Shown: piece by piece, positions 1 to 8,809 of the stretch
How positions within the stretch are numbered: position 1 is the stretch's first letter
Layout: every line of letters starts with the position of its first letter
Virus record (IMG/VR): IMGVR_UViG_3300021958_009066
Strand: one strand, 5' to 3'
From: an uncultured virus (IMG/VR IMGVR_UViG_3300021958_009066)
Taxonomy: Duplodnaviria; Heunggongvirae; Uroviricota; Caudoviricetes
DNA: 64,000 nt
Notes under the pieces: generated by a model
Database searches by the model: none
What the model saw: the letters and a program-made list of their open reading frames with translations, nothing else
What the model was told of the DNA's origin: nothing
Position numbers and translations under genes: made by a program

Positions 1-170
1 CTCAAGGGCATGCCTTTCATCCAGTTGTTCTCACCGTACTTTTCTGCACCGTCTAAGTAGCGTTTCATAACCCTTTTGAGCTCTTGTTGTGGTACAAGTG
101 ACATTCTCAATTTTCCATCACCGGTGTCTCGTTGTGCTCCGGAGTCAAATTTTCTATTTTTATCAGCCAC
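1..170 (-). CDS. dATP/dGTP diphosphohydrolase N-terminal domain protein (DUF5664-like), partial (runs off the window start)
   Basis: Not in the ORF track. Hand translation from GTG at 170: MADKNRKFDSGAQRDTGDGKLRMSLVPQQELKRVMKRYLDGAEKYGENNWMKGMPL; the GA.RD...GK.R..L.P...GA.KYG..NW.KG pattern is typical of the family. Confidence 0.8.
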   Translation of the reverse strand, partial: MADKNRKFDSGAQRDTGDGKLRMSLVPQQELKRVMKRYLDGAEKYGENNWMKGMPL

Positions 171-175
171 AAATT

Positions 176-204
176 ATAATATGAAAAAATTTGAAGATTT
201 TCAA
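176..204 (-). promoter_or_regulatory. sigma70-type promoter, probably leaderless
   Basis: TTGAAA-17 nt-TATTAT, then 5 nt to the GTG start at 170. Confidence 0.6.
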
Positions 205-244
205 CTATTATTCACCAGTTTACCCAAATTTGTATCCAAAATAC

Positions 245-847
245 TCAATGAAGTGTGGCCCACAAACAACCATCGGGTTGAATTGGAATTGAATTTGATT
301 TTAAGGATAATTTAATCTTAAAACCGTGCTTTTTAAGAAGTTCTAGGCATGCACCATGCTCTTCTCCATGTGTGCCAATTATGATATTTTTTATGTTTTT
401 AATTTCTAACTTAGCGCTTTTAAGAGCTTTGGTTCCTGCTCCTTGAATATCTATTTTAATTAAGTCAATTTCTTTTAGCTCGTTAACTATATCGACAAGT
501 TGAAAATGATCAGGGATAGCACCGTGTCTAAATTCGATATCAGTTATGTCATTGAGCCTTGCATTCGCACAAGCATTTTCAATCATTTTCTTATCAGGGT
601 CAAAACCAATCGCCTTAATATTTTTATCAAGATTCTTGACAAAAATGCTGTAATATCCCCATGCTGAGCCAACATCTACAAATGTTTTTATATTACAATT
701 TTTAATTATATGATCAAAAACCGTTTCTTCAAAAGGTTCATGCAGGTTTATGTATTTTTCATATCTACTCAATGCTACCCCATATATCGTATCTTTATAA
801 CATTTTATTCCGTTATTATATGTGTGAATTTCTTTCATAAATTTCAT
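245..847 (-). CDS. FkbM-family SAM-dependent methyltransferase
   Basis: FVDVGSAWGYYS motif I, GFDP, IDLIKIDIQG. Confidence 0.8.
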   Translation of the reverse strand: MKFMKEIHTYNNGIKCYKDTIYGVALSRYEKYINLHEPFEETVFDHIIKNCNIKTFVDVGSAWGYYSIFVKNLDKNIKAIGFDPDKKMIENACANARLNDITDIEFRHGAIPDHFQLVDIVNELKEIDLIKIDIQGAGTKALKSAKLEIKNIKNIIIGTHGEEHGACLELLKKHGFKIKLSLKSNSIPIQPDGCLWATLH

Positions 848-1527
848 TATTCTCCAAATTTATACCCAAAATACTCAATGTCCTTTGCGTATTTTTCCGC
901 AACGATCTCGCGGGTTTCATCACCATAGTATTCGGTGTAGTGTTTGTGGTTTGTTTTGTTCTTGTGCGGAAGTTGTTGTCGTTCAATTCCGATTTTGTCG
1001 CAGATGGTATTGGTATCATTTTGTAGGTTTTCAAAACGAATCAAGTTAACGCGATTAATGTCTATATGATCTGTATGTATAAAATCATATTGAGGTTTAA
1101 AATACCAGTCCCTCATATTCTTAAGCAGATATTCTCTAAATTCCAATTTTTGGTAGTCTATGCCTTCAAAAAAACCTTTAACACTATTTTCCCATTTCCA
1201 CATAGAAAAAATTCTATCAAACGGATTACGTATAACACAGAATATTTGATACCTTTCAATATGTCTTGCTGTATACGACCCTAAATTTGCATGTTTTCTT
1301 GGATCAGAACTTCTTTTCAAGAGTTTATCAGTCCGTTGATTATGGGTAAAATAATTCCATGCTTTTTGTTTAAAATCTAATGAATGCTCATAAAAATCAA
1401 ATGTATTCCATTGCAGCTGTTCGACAACACTTTTAAAATCCGCATATGGTAATAGCGCGCTTAAAAGACTTGTTGAACCAGTTTTAGGTGGAGATATAAA
1501 AATAAATTTATGTTTGTGACTAATCAT
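847..1527 (-). CDS. Sulfotransferase family 2 (carbohydrate sulfotransferase-like)
   Basis: FIFISPPKTGSTS (5'-PSB loop), IRNPFDRIFS (3'-PB), RFENL and YAKDIEYFGY C-terminus. Confidence 0.88.
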   Translation of the reverse strand: MISHKHKFIFISPPKTGSTSLLSALLPYADFKSVVEQLQWNTFDFYEHSLDFKQKAWNYFTHNQRTDKLLKRSSDPRKHANLGSYTARHIERYQIFCVIRNPFDRIFSMWKWENSVKGFFEGIDYQKLEFREYLLKNMRDWYFKPQYDFIHTDHIDINRVNLIRFENLQNDTNTICDKIGIERQQLPHKNKTNHKHYTEYYGDETREIVAEKYAKDIEYFGYKFGE

Positions 1528-2296
1528 TTCCAGGCAGGTGTGTGAACTTTATTTTTGTAGCTTTGTGCCCTTTTTCTTCCATGAGGATATTATATTGTCT
1601 ACCATTCATAGATTCACCATTGAACTTTACATTTCGATACCATTCATACCACCCTTTATGTTTGTGTATAGATATTACCGAAAGACAGGGATTTGTTACT
1701 TTGCGTATTTTTGAAAGTTGATAATTCATCATTCCATCGCATTGGGGTTGTCCTAGTTGTATGTCAAGGTTCACTTTAGAGAAATCAAATGGCGATTCAA
1801 AAATCCAAGAATCAATAGATGATCCTTCACGGAAATTTTTGTGCATAGTTCTCAGTCTTATATTATCATATAAAATATCTATTCCCGGCTTTTTTTCTTT
1901 CATTTCTTTGAGAATATTATATCTTGTAAGTACAAAACATTCTTTGTTATAATCTTTTTCTAAAAGTAGAGATAGCTTATCTGTATTTGTTTTAGGAAAG
2001 TAGATATCAGCATTAGAAATTATCCACTTGCCTTTAGTTTGATTACATAATTTGAATAATTCTTCAAAGGTTGGTCTGCTTTTTATTTCATGTATATAGG
2101 TTCGCTTTAGACTCTTTATATATTTACATCTTTCTCTTTGCTTTTTGTTTTTTATATTCATTTCTACAGCAATATAAATAGAATTTATAAGTTTATTTTG
2201 CAAATTTTGAGATATACAATATATATATTCACGCCATCGTTGATCGTCGCAGTTTAGATTTAATGTGGTGAGTAGATTAAATTTTGAATGAGTCAT
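1520..2296 (-). CDS. Putative GT-A fold glycosyltransferase
   Basis: IISNADIYF motif, LTRY, SIDSWIF, LG...CD, IH.H; lies in the glycan gene cluster. Confidence 0.5.
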   Translation of the reverse strand: MTHSKFNLLTTLNLNCDDQRWREYIYCISQNLQNKLINSIYIAVEMNIKNKKQRERCKYIKSLKRTYIHEIKSRPTFEELFKLCNQTKGKWIISNADIYFPKTNTDKLSLLLEKDYNKECFVLTRYNILKEMKEKKPGIDILYDNIRLRTMHKNFREGSSIDSWIFESPFDFSKVNLDIQLGQPQCDGMMNYQLSKIRKVTNPCLSVISIHKHKGWYEWYRNVKFNGESMNGRQYNILMEEKGHKATKIKFTHLPGND

Positions 2297-2321
2297 AAAT
2301 TATTCTTCGTCTAGTTTTTGG

Positions 2322-3323
2322 TCATACCAAAAAGTTTTTAAGGTTTACTATGTCTATAAAGGTTTTTTTATTGGTAGAACCTTTCTCGTAAGGAATGAGC
2401 GCATAATTGTACAAGCCTTCAAATACAAATGCATTTAAATTGTTGTAGTTTTTGGTAAAAGGAGACCCATGATTAACATTTGTAGAATATTCTCCCTTAC
2501 AAAATTCACAAACCGAAGGTTTGTTTTTAGGGTTTAAATATATTACATTTGCCATAGCAGAACCATGAGGGCCGACCACTATTTTAGCTTCACGGAATAA
2601 TAACATTTGTTTTTTGTGAGTCATAGTTTTGTCATTTTCTTGCCCATTAAACAATGTAAAAAAAAGATTATTATCTTCAGCATAACTTTTTAATAAATTG
2701 ATAATAGTTTTTTCGTTAGAGTCTAACATTCTCCTACCATGTTTTACATCGGAACTCGTGTTTCGAGTACAATATATTAATCTATTATTGATGTCTGTAT
2801 GTATTGTTTGGCTTAAGTGAGATTCTAGCGACTCCTTGAATAAAAACGACATATCAAAGTTCCTTTGTTGTAGCGAAAAAGTAAATTGAGTCTTCGTTTT
2901 GAATCGTAAATTTACACTTTCGCGAACCTTCAAAAATCTAACCTTTTTAAAACTTAGCCCAGTTACATTGATTAGGGAGGCCATTAAATCTGTTATTGGA
3001 GATAAAATTACATCTGAATTAGAGAATCTGTCCAGATATAAAAGAGATGGTAATATATCATGTAGGCAATGCCCATAGTTGTTCGAGAAGTTACTTCTAA
3101 AAATAGATATTTTGTTAAATTCAGTAAATTCTAAAGCATGGTCTTGCGGTTGCACCAAGACTGTACTACCAACATTTTTAAATGACTCCTGTATGTAGTC
3201 CATAGTGTCATTCTCTACAAGGTAAGTTTCCTTGAATTCTGTTTTTAGTGCAAGTTCACTACGATCGTTAAGCCAGTGATTGAATTTAGATAACTCTACT
3301 TCACAATTGTTAAAAAGATTCAT
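2322..3323 (-). CDS. Glycosyltransferase family 61 (DUF563)
   Basis: NNYGHCLHDILP, R...NE, Q..LF..A.IVVGPHGSAMAN. Confidence 0.85.
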   Translation of the reverse strand: MNLFNNCEVELSKFNHWLNDRSELALKTEFKETYLVENDTMDYIQESFKNVGSTVLVQPQDHALEFTEFNKISIFRSNFSNNYGHCLHDILPSLLYLDRFSNSDVILSPITDLMASLINVTGLSFKKVRFLKVRESVNLRFKTKTQFTFSLQQRNFDMSFLFKESLESHLSQTIHTDINNRLIYCTRNTSSDVKHGRRMLDSNEKTIINLLKSYAEDNNLFFTLFNGQENDKTMTHKKQMLLFREAKIVVGPHGSAMANVIYLNPKNKPSVCEFCKGEYSTNVNHGSPFTKNYNNLNAFVFEGLYNYALIPYEKGSTNKKTFIDIVNLKNFLV

Positions 3324-3338
3324 TTTTCAGAGTTAATG

Positions 3339-4109
3339 TTAATCTAAACTAACGAATCTAGTGTTTGTTATGCAAGTGTTCATTATATATCTATACACGT
3401 TACTGGAACGAGTACCAACAAAAATATCAGAAAGTTTGGCGATTTCGATTTCTGCGAAGAATTGTACAAGTTCTTGTTTTGAATATCTGCGGTCATTTTG
3501 AATATTTAATGTTTCAGAGTGACCATCCTGTGATTCGTTAGTTAAGTGTAAAATTTCATGCGGCAGGTTATTATCGCTTATATATTCGCGAGCTTCTTGT
3601 ATACATTTGTAATCATCTGTCATGATGAAAATTGTTTTGTTGTGTTCAACATGTTTGAAATAATCACAAAATTCAAATCTTTTTGATTCGGTTCGTCCAG
3701 TTTTTTGAGTAAAAATATATAATTTTTCACCCACTTTATCACCACGACGAATATGAAAACATGAGAATGGTTTAGGTAAATTTAATTCTGAAACTACAGA
3801 TTCGATTTCTTTATGAAAATCAGAAGTATAATTTAAAGTAGGTTTGATTGATGGTTGATATCGTTTTTTTGTGAATTCTCTAGCATGTCTCTCATGGATA
3901 GGGGTCTTGGCTCCAGTGGCTGAATTAACAATAACCTCATTAGTTTCAAATACATCGAAAAAACCGACACTTTTAAAATAGGGACTACCGCTTGAGTCTA
4001 TGTATATAGTTTTTTTATCTCCAAGCAATTGCTCTTCGAATAAACCAAGAACACTATTTAATGAAGAACATAACCCTCGATTTGTGAGTTTAAAGACTGA
4101 AGTTGACAT
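3339..4109 (-). CDS. GT23-like (alpha-1,6-fucosyltransferase/NodZ type) glycosyltransferase
   Basis: HIRRGDK, IFIMTDD, FVGTRSSNV motifs. Start chosen at MSTSVF (4109) instead of the ORF-track 4148. Confidence 0.75.
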   Translation of the reverse strand: MSTSVFKLTNRGLCSSLNSVLGLFEEQLLGDKKTIYIDSSGSPYFKSVGFFDVFETNEVIVNSATGAKTPIHERHAREFTKKRYQPSIKPTLNYTSDFHKEIESVVSELNLPKPFSCFHIRRGDKVGEKLYIFTQKTGRTESKRFEFCDYFKHVEHNKTIFIMTDDYKCIQEAREYISDNNLPHEILHLTNESQDGHSETLNIQNDRRYSKQELVQFFAEIEIAKLSDIFVGTRSSNVYRYIMNTCITNTRFVSLD

Positions 4110-4869
4110 TTTTATTATAGTCCCAAGCATTATTTTTTTGTAAACCATCTTGTATATTTTGACTATAAACCGTTATATTATTAGCTCTACTTAGATATGC
4201 CATCCAATAACTGAAGGTACCGGCCGATAAAATTAAGTTGTTGAATTGAGCTGCAAATATAATTTTATTGATAGGTGTATCGGTACTTGTTGTTATGTTG
4301 TATTTTTCGATCAATCTCATCAATGGGGGATGGTCTAAACTATCAGACGTTAGATACACAACATCGTATTTATTTCTAGATTTTTTAAGTTGGTTTTCGA
4401 TATATTCTATTGAACAATAGGTCCTAGGACAGGTTAAACAATCTCCAAATCTAGCAGCAATAAACGCGTCGTTCAAACCAACTCGGTGTTTCTGTTCTGG
4501 TAGCTTGTAAAGATCTAAAATCTGCTCTCTGTAATCACATAATAGTCTAGAATCTTGAAAATATCCATTTTCTAGGATGTATCCTGTCTTTGGTCGCGGT
4601 TTATCTAAATGATCAAAATAGTTTTCATCATTTAACGTTATTGTTTTATCATAACATGATCCATCGATTGGTTGTAAGTTGAACGTCTCCCCAAAATCGG
4701 TTGTTATCATAGAGTCTGAGCTGCTAGTGGTTTTATATCTACCGGTGTTGCTATATGTCCTCGTTGGTTTTGTCATCAATTCCAACCCGGTTTTTTTTGC
4801 AAGAATATAACCTGCTGCATATTGAATCAAATTGTTGCCTAATCTTCCTTTGTATTTTATCGTAATCAT
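4090..4869 (-). CDS. GT11-like alpha-1,2-fucosyltransferase
   Basis: GRLGNNLIQYA, GYFQ, ARFGD, SD, GTFSYWMAYL. Confidence 0.82.
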   Translation of the reverse strand: MITIKYKGRLGNNLIQYAAGYILAKKTGLELMTKPTRTYSNTGRYKTTSSSDSMITTDFGETFNLQPIDGSCYDKTITLNDENYFDHLDKPRPKTGYILENGYFQDSRLLCDYREQILDLYKLPEQKHRVGLNDAFIAARFGDCLTCPRTYCSIEYIENQLKKSRNKYDVVYLTSDSLDHPPLMRLIEKYNITTSTDTPINKIIFAAQFNNLILSAGTFSYWMAYLSRANNITVYSQNIQDGLQKNNAWDYNKNVNFSL

Positions 4870-4876
4870 TTTATTT

Positions 4877-5845
4877 TTAAATTTTTTCTTTTATGTTTTT
4901 TAGTTTTAAAATTTCAGGTGAAATAAATAAATTATCCACCTTTGATTGATCAAAATTATTTTTATAAATTTCAATACATTTTGCTAACAAAAATTCTGAA
5001 AAACCATATTTTACGTTATGTTTGAAAAATGTATCATGTAATTTACGAATATTATTCTTCATATACAACACACGTTCTTTGTCTTCTAGTAAAGATACCA
5101 CTTGTTGATGTATGTGTTCCATGCTATGCTCTCTCATGTCAAATCTTAACATGTAATCATCAACATTTTTTAATATGTTCTCCCAGCCATAGTCACCCAT
5201 GGAATTAACCATAACAGGAATACAACCAGCTCTTATAATATCATAAAATGTGTTGGTCCAGATTCTATCACCACGTAACAAGTAGACTACATCTGATTTA
5301 GATAGATTGTCCAAAAAAGTTTTATATGTACCTGGTTTGAACCCATCTCTGTATATCGTTTGATCAAAGATAGAGACATCGAATCTTTTGTCGTCTACTT
5401 TTTCATAAAAAGATGTAACATCCCGCCGGAATGAATGAGTTATGGTACCTGACCAGAAAACTTTATTATGAAAATTTTCATTTTTGATGGTTTCGTTATT
5501 ACCAAATTGTGGGCCAAACGGCTTTGGTATGAGATAAGGAATATCACAAAAATCATTCTGCGTGAAACAAAAGTTGTTGAAATCCGGTAGGTTAGGAATT
5601 CTATTATCAACACAGACCCCGTCACGTACTTTAATCAGTCTTCTGTCGACATTTTCTCGTGCACCGTAGATAATCGAGATTTGATTAGGTTTTGGTGTGT
5701 TGATATGATATCTGTTTAGTGGTGTTGATACAACATGCAAATCTGATTTGTGTGCTTGATAGGCGTTTTGAAATTTAATTTTACCGGCGAATGAATCACA
5801 AAAAAAATGTTTATGTATTATTGAATTTGTTGATATAGTGATCAT
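4877..5845 (-). CDS. Exostosin-like (GT47) glycosyltransferase
   Basis: FWSG...R, L.LRGD..W...FYD...AGCIPV. Confidence 0.72.
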   Translation of the reverse strand: MITISTNSIIHKHFFCDSFAGKIKFQNAYQAHKSDLHVVSTPLNRYHINTPKPNQISIIYGARENVDRRLIKVRDGVCVDNRIPNLPDFNNFCFTQNDFCDIPYLIPKPFGPQFGNNETIKNENFHNKVFWSGTITHSFRRDVTSFYEKVDDKRFDVSIFDQTIYRDGFKPGTYKTFLDNLSKSDVVYLLRGDRIWTNTFYDIIRAGCIPVMVNSMGDYGWENILKNVDDYMLRFDMREHSMEHIHQQVVSLLEDKERVLYMKNNIRKLHDTFFKHNVKYGFSEFLLAKCIEIYKNNFDQSKVDNLFISPEILKLKNIKEKI

Positions 5846-6552
5846 GGAGTTATAATATTATATGTTGAAAGCAATTCAAGATATTTACCAATAACGGAGT
5901 GTCTTTGTAAAAGGGTTTGTATCAAGTCTGGTGCTAACTTTTTTTGCCACTCGTGTATATCTGTTGTTCGTTTATGTTTTTTGTACTCCCCAGCCACAAT
6001 TGAATCACTTTTATCCTCAATTGGTTTGAAGCTCTCGTGCCATTTAGAGTATGCTGTTTGATACAAATTGCTCATGTTAAGTGTATCAAGATATTGTTTC
6101 AAAAAATCACTAAAATTGGTAACCATAAGTTCATAGGGTATTATAGTTTTGGTACCATGTTTGTAATTTAATATGTCTTGTATCACTCTGCATTGGACAC
6201 CAACTCTCTTATCTACAAACTTTTCGAGTCCCATTTGTTGTATTTTTGCCCGGTAACGGGTAAAAGCTACTTTATCAGTACCACGTGGTATACCGTGTGT
6301 GTATCCAAAAGAATAATAAGCAGAAATACTCATAGAAATTGGATTTCTTGTGATGAATATTGTGTGGTCCTTTACCGGGGTTTTTTTGTTAGCATTAAAG
6401 TCTCGTGAAAAATGTAATTTAGCCTTGCCCGTGTTTGTATGAATTAAAACATCTTTGTCTGAGGGTATCTTGGAATTCGTTATGTCGACGGTCATTTTAC
6501 GAAGAATGGAAGATCCGCACTTGTGCGGAGCATATATTCTATATCGATCCAT
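5842..6552 (-). CDS. Sulfotransferase domain protein
   Basis: PHKCGSSIL P-loop, RNP.SM.ISAYYS, IPYE.M, H.R...EW. Confidence 0.75.
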   Translation of the reverse strand: MDRYRIYAPHKCGSSILRKMTVDITNSKIPSDKDVLIHTNTGKAKLHFSRDFNANKKTPVKDHTIFITRNPISMSISAYYSFGYTHGIPRGTDKVAFTRYRAKIQQMGLEKFVDKRVGVQCRVIQDILNYKHGTKTIIPYELMVTNFSDFLKQYLDTLNMSNLYQTAYSKWHESFKPIEDKSDSIVAGEYKKHKRTTDIHEWQKKLAPDLIQTLLQRHSVIGKYLELLSTYNIITP

Positions 6553-7225
6553 TGCTCAACCTCCCATGTTCTAATATGACTTCCGTTCTAGACAAGTGTT
6601 TTGGAGCTCCTCGTAAATAACAACCACCATTGTAATGGACTAACGGGCAAATAAAATCCCTAGGTGTATGAGAACTACAACAATAAATGTATTCGTTTTC
6701 ATAATTGACCAATTTCTTAAACACTTTGGTTTTATATTCCATTAATCGCATGTCATTACGGTGACACCACTCTAATTTGTCTTCATGTTCACACTCAATT
6801 AAAACTCTTTCCATGTCTCTGGCCCCATGTTCATCAAGATAAATGACAGATCTCTGCTCACATAAAACTGAATTTTTACCGATAATGTTCAAAATGTCTG
6901 GGGGTAATCCATAATTGATCACATCACAGTCACAGTATAATGTCGGGCCATTTTCTTTCACATATTGGCAGTATGCTAACAGTCGTAAATAACAACAACG
7001 GTTATACTCAAAAGATCCGACCGGGTTTTTTGAGTAAAAATTTGCACTAGGTTTGTTGAAGTTCAATTGCTCGTACAGAGTGTTTTTATGTGCCCAAGTT
7101 TCATCCAAAACAATAGGGTTCCACCCCTGTTGAGACCAAGAGCGTTTCCACAAAGAGATCAACTCACTACTTTCTTGTGAGAATTTCTCGTTTGGTATCA
7201 GGTTAAAGTATGATATTACGTTCAT
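6539..7225 (-). CDS. Putative GT-A glycosyltransferase
   Basis: W..SW...GWNP.VL, CY.R..A, YCDCDVIN (DxD), VHY. Confidence 0.5.
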   Translation of the reverse strand: MNVISYFNLIPNEKFSQESSELISLWKRSWSQQGWNPIVLDETWAHKNTLYEQLNFNKPSANFYSKNPVGSFEYNRCCYLRLLAYCQYVKENGPTLYCDCDVINYGLPPDILNIIGKNSVLCEQRSVIYLDEHGARDMERVLIECEHEDKLEWCHRNDMRLMEYKTKVFKKLVNYENEYIYCCSSHTPRDFICPLVHYNGGCYLRGAPKHLSRTEVILEHGRLSNGSI

Positions 7226-7230
7226 GGTTT

Positions 7231-7821
7231 TTATTGAAATTTATAGTTAAACTTATTTATTTCCCATTTGAATATATTATACACGAAATCTGTTGTTTGC
7301 TGATTGTAAAAAGTTCTATAATCCGCGACATCCCTGCCGGTATGATGTGTACAATGAGTTAAACTGTAATCTTGAATACCAAGACGGTTCATGACATAGT
7401 CGACATCCTTTTCAAAATTTTCATGTCTTATGGTAAAATCAATAATATATTCATCATTGAATGTAAGCTTTGGTTTCATGTGAAACGGTTTAAAAAATCG
7501 CTTTCCGGAAATTCCATCACGTAGCACGAAATCCTCAAATGGTTTGTGGTAGTTTAAGTGTTTTTTAGCATGAAAATACATTGAAACAACGCGATCCCAG
7601 GTGTTTCTGATTACAGCAAATTTGAAATAACTATCAATTGGCTTGTTTGCTCGTTCTAAAACTTCTAAAAAGTCCGGATGGTTGTTCCGCCGGCCGTTAT
7701 CAAAATAAATATCAGTAAGATCATCTGAGAAATGCTTTTTGATGAGTAGTGACACAGAGCCTCCGGCGCATTTCTGAGGGTGCATAAATATAAAACCTTT
7801 TGTGTTGCTTATATGCGACAT
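7231..7821 (-). CDS. Sulfotransferase family 2
   Basis: FIFMHPQKCAGGS, FAVIRNTWDRVVSMY, RHENF; paralog of 847..1527. Confidence 0.85.
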   Translation of the reverse strand: MSHISNTKGFIFMHPQKCAGGSVSLLIKKHFSDDLTDIYFDNGRRNNHPDFLEVLERANKPIDSYFKFAVIRNTWDRVVSMYFHAKKHLNYHKPFEDFVLRDGISGKRFFKPFHMKPKLTFNDEYIIDFTIRHENFEKDVDYVMNRLGIQDYSLTHCTHHTGRDVADYRTFYNQQTTDFVYNIFKWEINKFNYKFQ

Positions 7822-8015
7822 TAATTCAAATCTTTTGCATCAAGTTGTTGATATTTACGGTTATAGGTAGACAGTCCACATATCATTGCCATACATGCAG
7901 GAAATATAGCGATAAAACTACCTGTACTTACATACAATATCGACACGTACATGTTTATAAAAACACATACAGCAAGGATCTTACCCTTGAAGTTAAGGTG
8001 TCTCCATGGGAGCAT
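7821..8015 (-). CDS. Small hypothetical membrane protein
   Basis: 64 aa, hydrophobic, fills the gap in the operon with overlaps to both neighbours. Confidence 0.45.
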   Translation of the reverse strand: MLPWRHLNFKGKILAVCVFINMYVSILYVSTGSFIAIFPACMAMICGLSTYNRKYQQLDAKDLN

Positions 8016-8262
8016 CTGGTAGCCAGTCCTTCAATGTATCATTCTCTGGATCATATTTCAGGATTTCCGGGTTATACTGGTTCATCTGCTCGATGTACCT
8101 GTAATATGGTTTTAGTCGGTTTATCACCGTCTTTGGGTCCGGGTCATATTCATGCTTTAGCTGCATCTCTATATCACATACCGTCCCATCGTTGTTGTAG
8201 TACACTTCTCGAATATACAAACCGTCTGGTGTTTTTACTGGTCTTAGTCCCCAATTGCTCAT
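7993..8262 (-). CDS. Hypothetical phage protein
   Basis: 89 aa, coupled to the upstream gene (TAATG overlap); IREVYY motif. Confidence 0.6.
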   Translation of the reverse strand: MSNWGLRPVKTPDGLYIREVYYNNDGTVCDIEMQLKHEYDPDPKTVINRLKPYYRYIEQMNQYNPEILKYDPENDTLKDWLPDAPMETP

Positions 8263-8801
8263 TACACATTGTATAATTTTTTCTCGAAGAAATCAACCCA
8301 CATGTCTCCGGCCATGTCATGTAAAGCATGAGACAAAATTTGCGCGCTTGGATATGTATTTAACACTCTACGTGACATGATTATCTCCCCGGAATCTACT
8401 TCAGCAACTGCGCGGTGTATCACACAGCCTACATGTTGTGGTATATTCAACATGTTGAAAACTCGCTCTTGTGGGTCTTTGCCTTTGAGCTCCGGGTATT
8501 GTGTTATGAGACCCGGGTGCAGATTAAAAATCTCATACTCATCACATATTTCCTCAGGAACAATTCTCATCCAACCATGTAGTGTGATTATAGGGTTCGA
8601 GTCAACTGTATCAAAAATTGTTCTATAGTCTACAGCTGAAGGCCGGGGCGATGTTTTAACAGTGTGGTTTGTTAGTTTACTGTTTAAATGCTCATTGTTT
8701 GTTATAACAAGATCTGGTTGATAGTCTAACCGTTTAGATATATTACATATTTCCGAACCAGTGTGGCTGTATAGCGCGATCCATGGACGTCCTTCTATCA
8801 T
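8262..8801 (-). CDS. PurN-like formyltransferase; candidate preQ1 formyltransferase (DpdN-like)
   Basis: S.TGS, LHGWMRIV, NLHPGL...PELKG, GCVIHR...VDSGEII; directly downstream of the DpdA-like gene. Confidence 0.8.
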   Translation of the reverse strand: MIEGRPWIALYSHTGSEICNISKRLDYQPDLVITNNEHLNSKLTNHTVKTSPRPSAVDYRTIFDTVDSNPIITLHGWMRIVPEEICDEYEIFNLHPGLITQYPELKGKDPQERVFNMLNIPQHVGCVIHRAVAEVDSGEIIMSRRVLNTYPSAQILSHALHDMAGDMWVDFFEKKLYNV

Positions 8802-8809
8802 GTAATTAT

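Noticed and set aside
76..315. 79-aa plus-strand ORF in the track
   Set aside because: Overlaps two better supported minus-strand genes and a promoter.
8262..8801. purN as a purine-biosynthesis auxiliary gene
   Set aside because: No other pur genes nearby and it is adjacent to a DpdA-like gene; disfavoured but not excluded.
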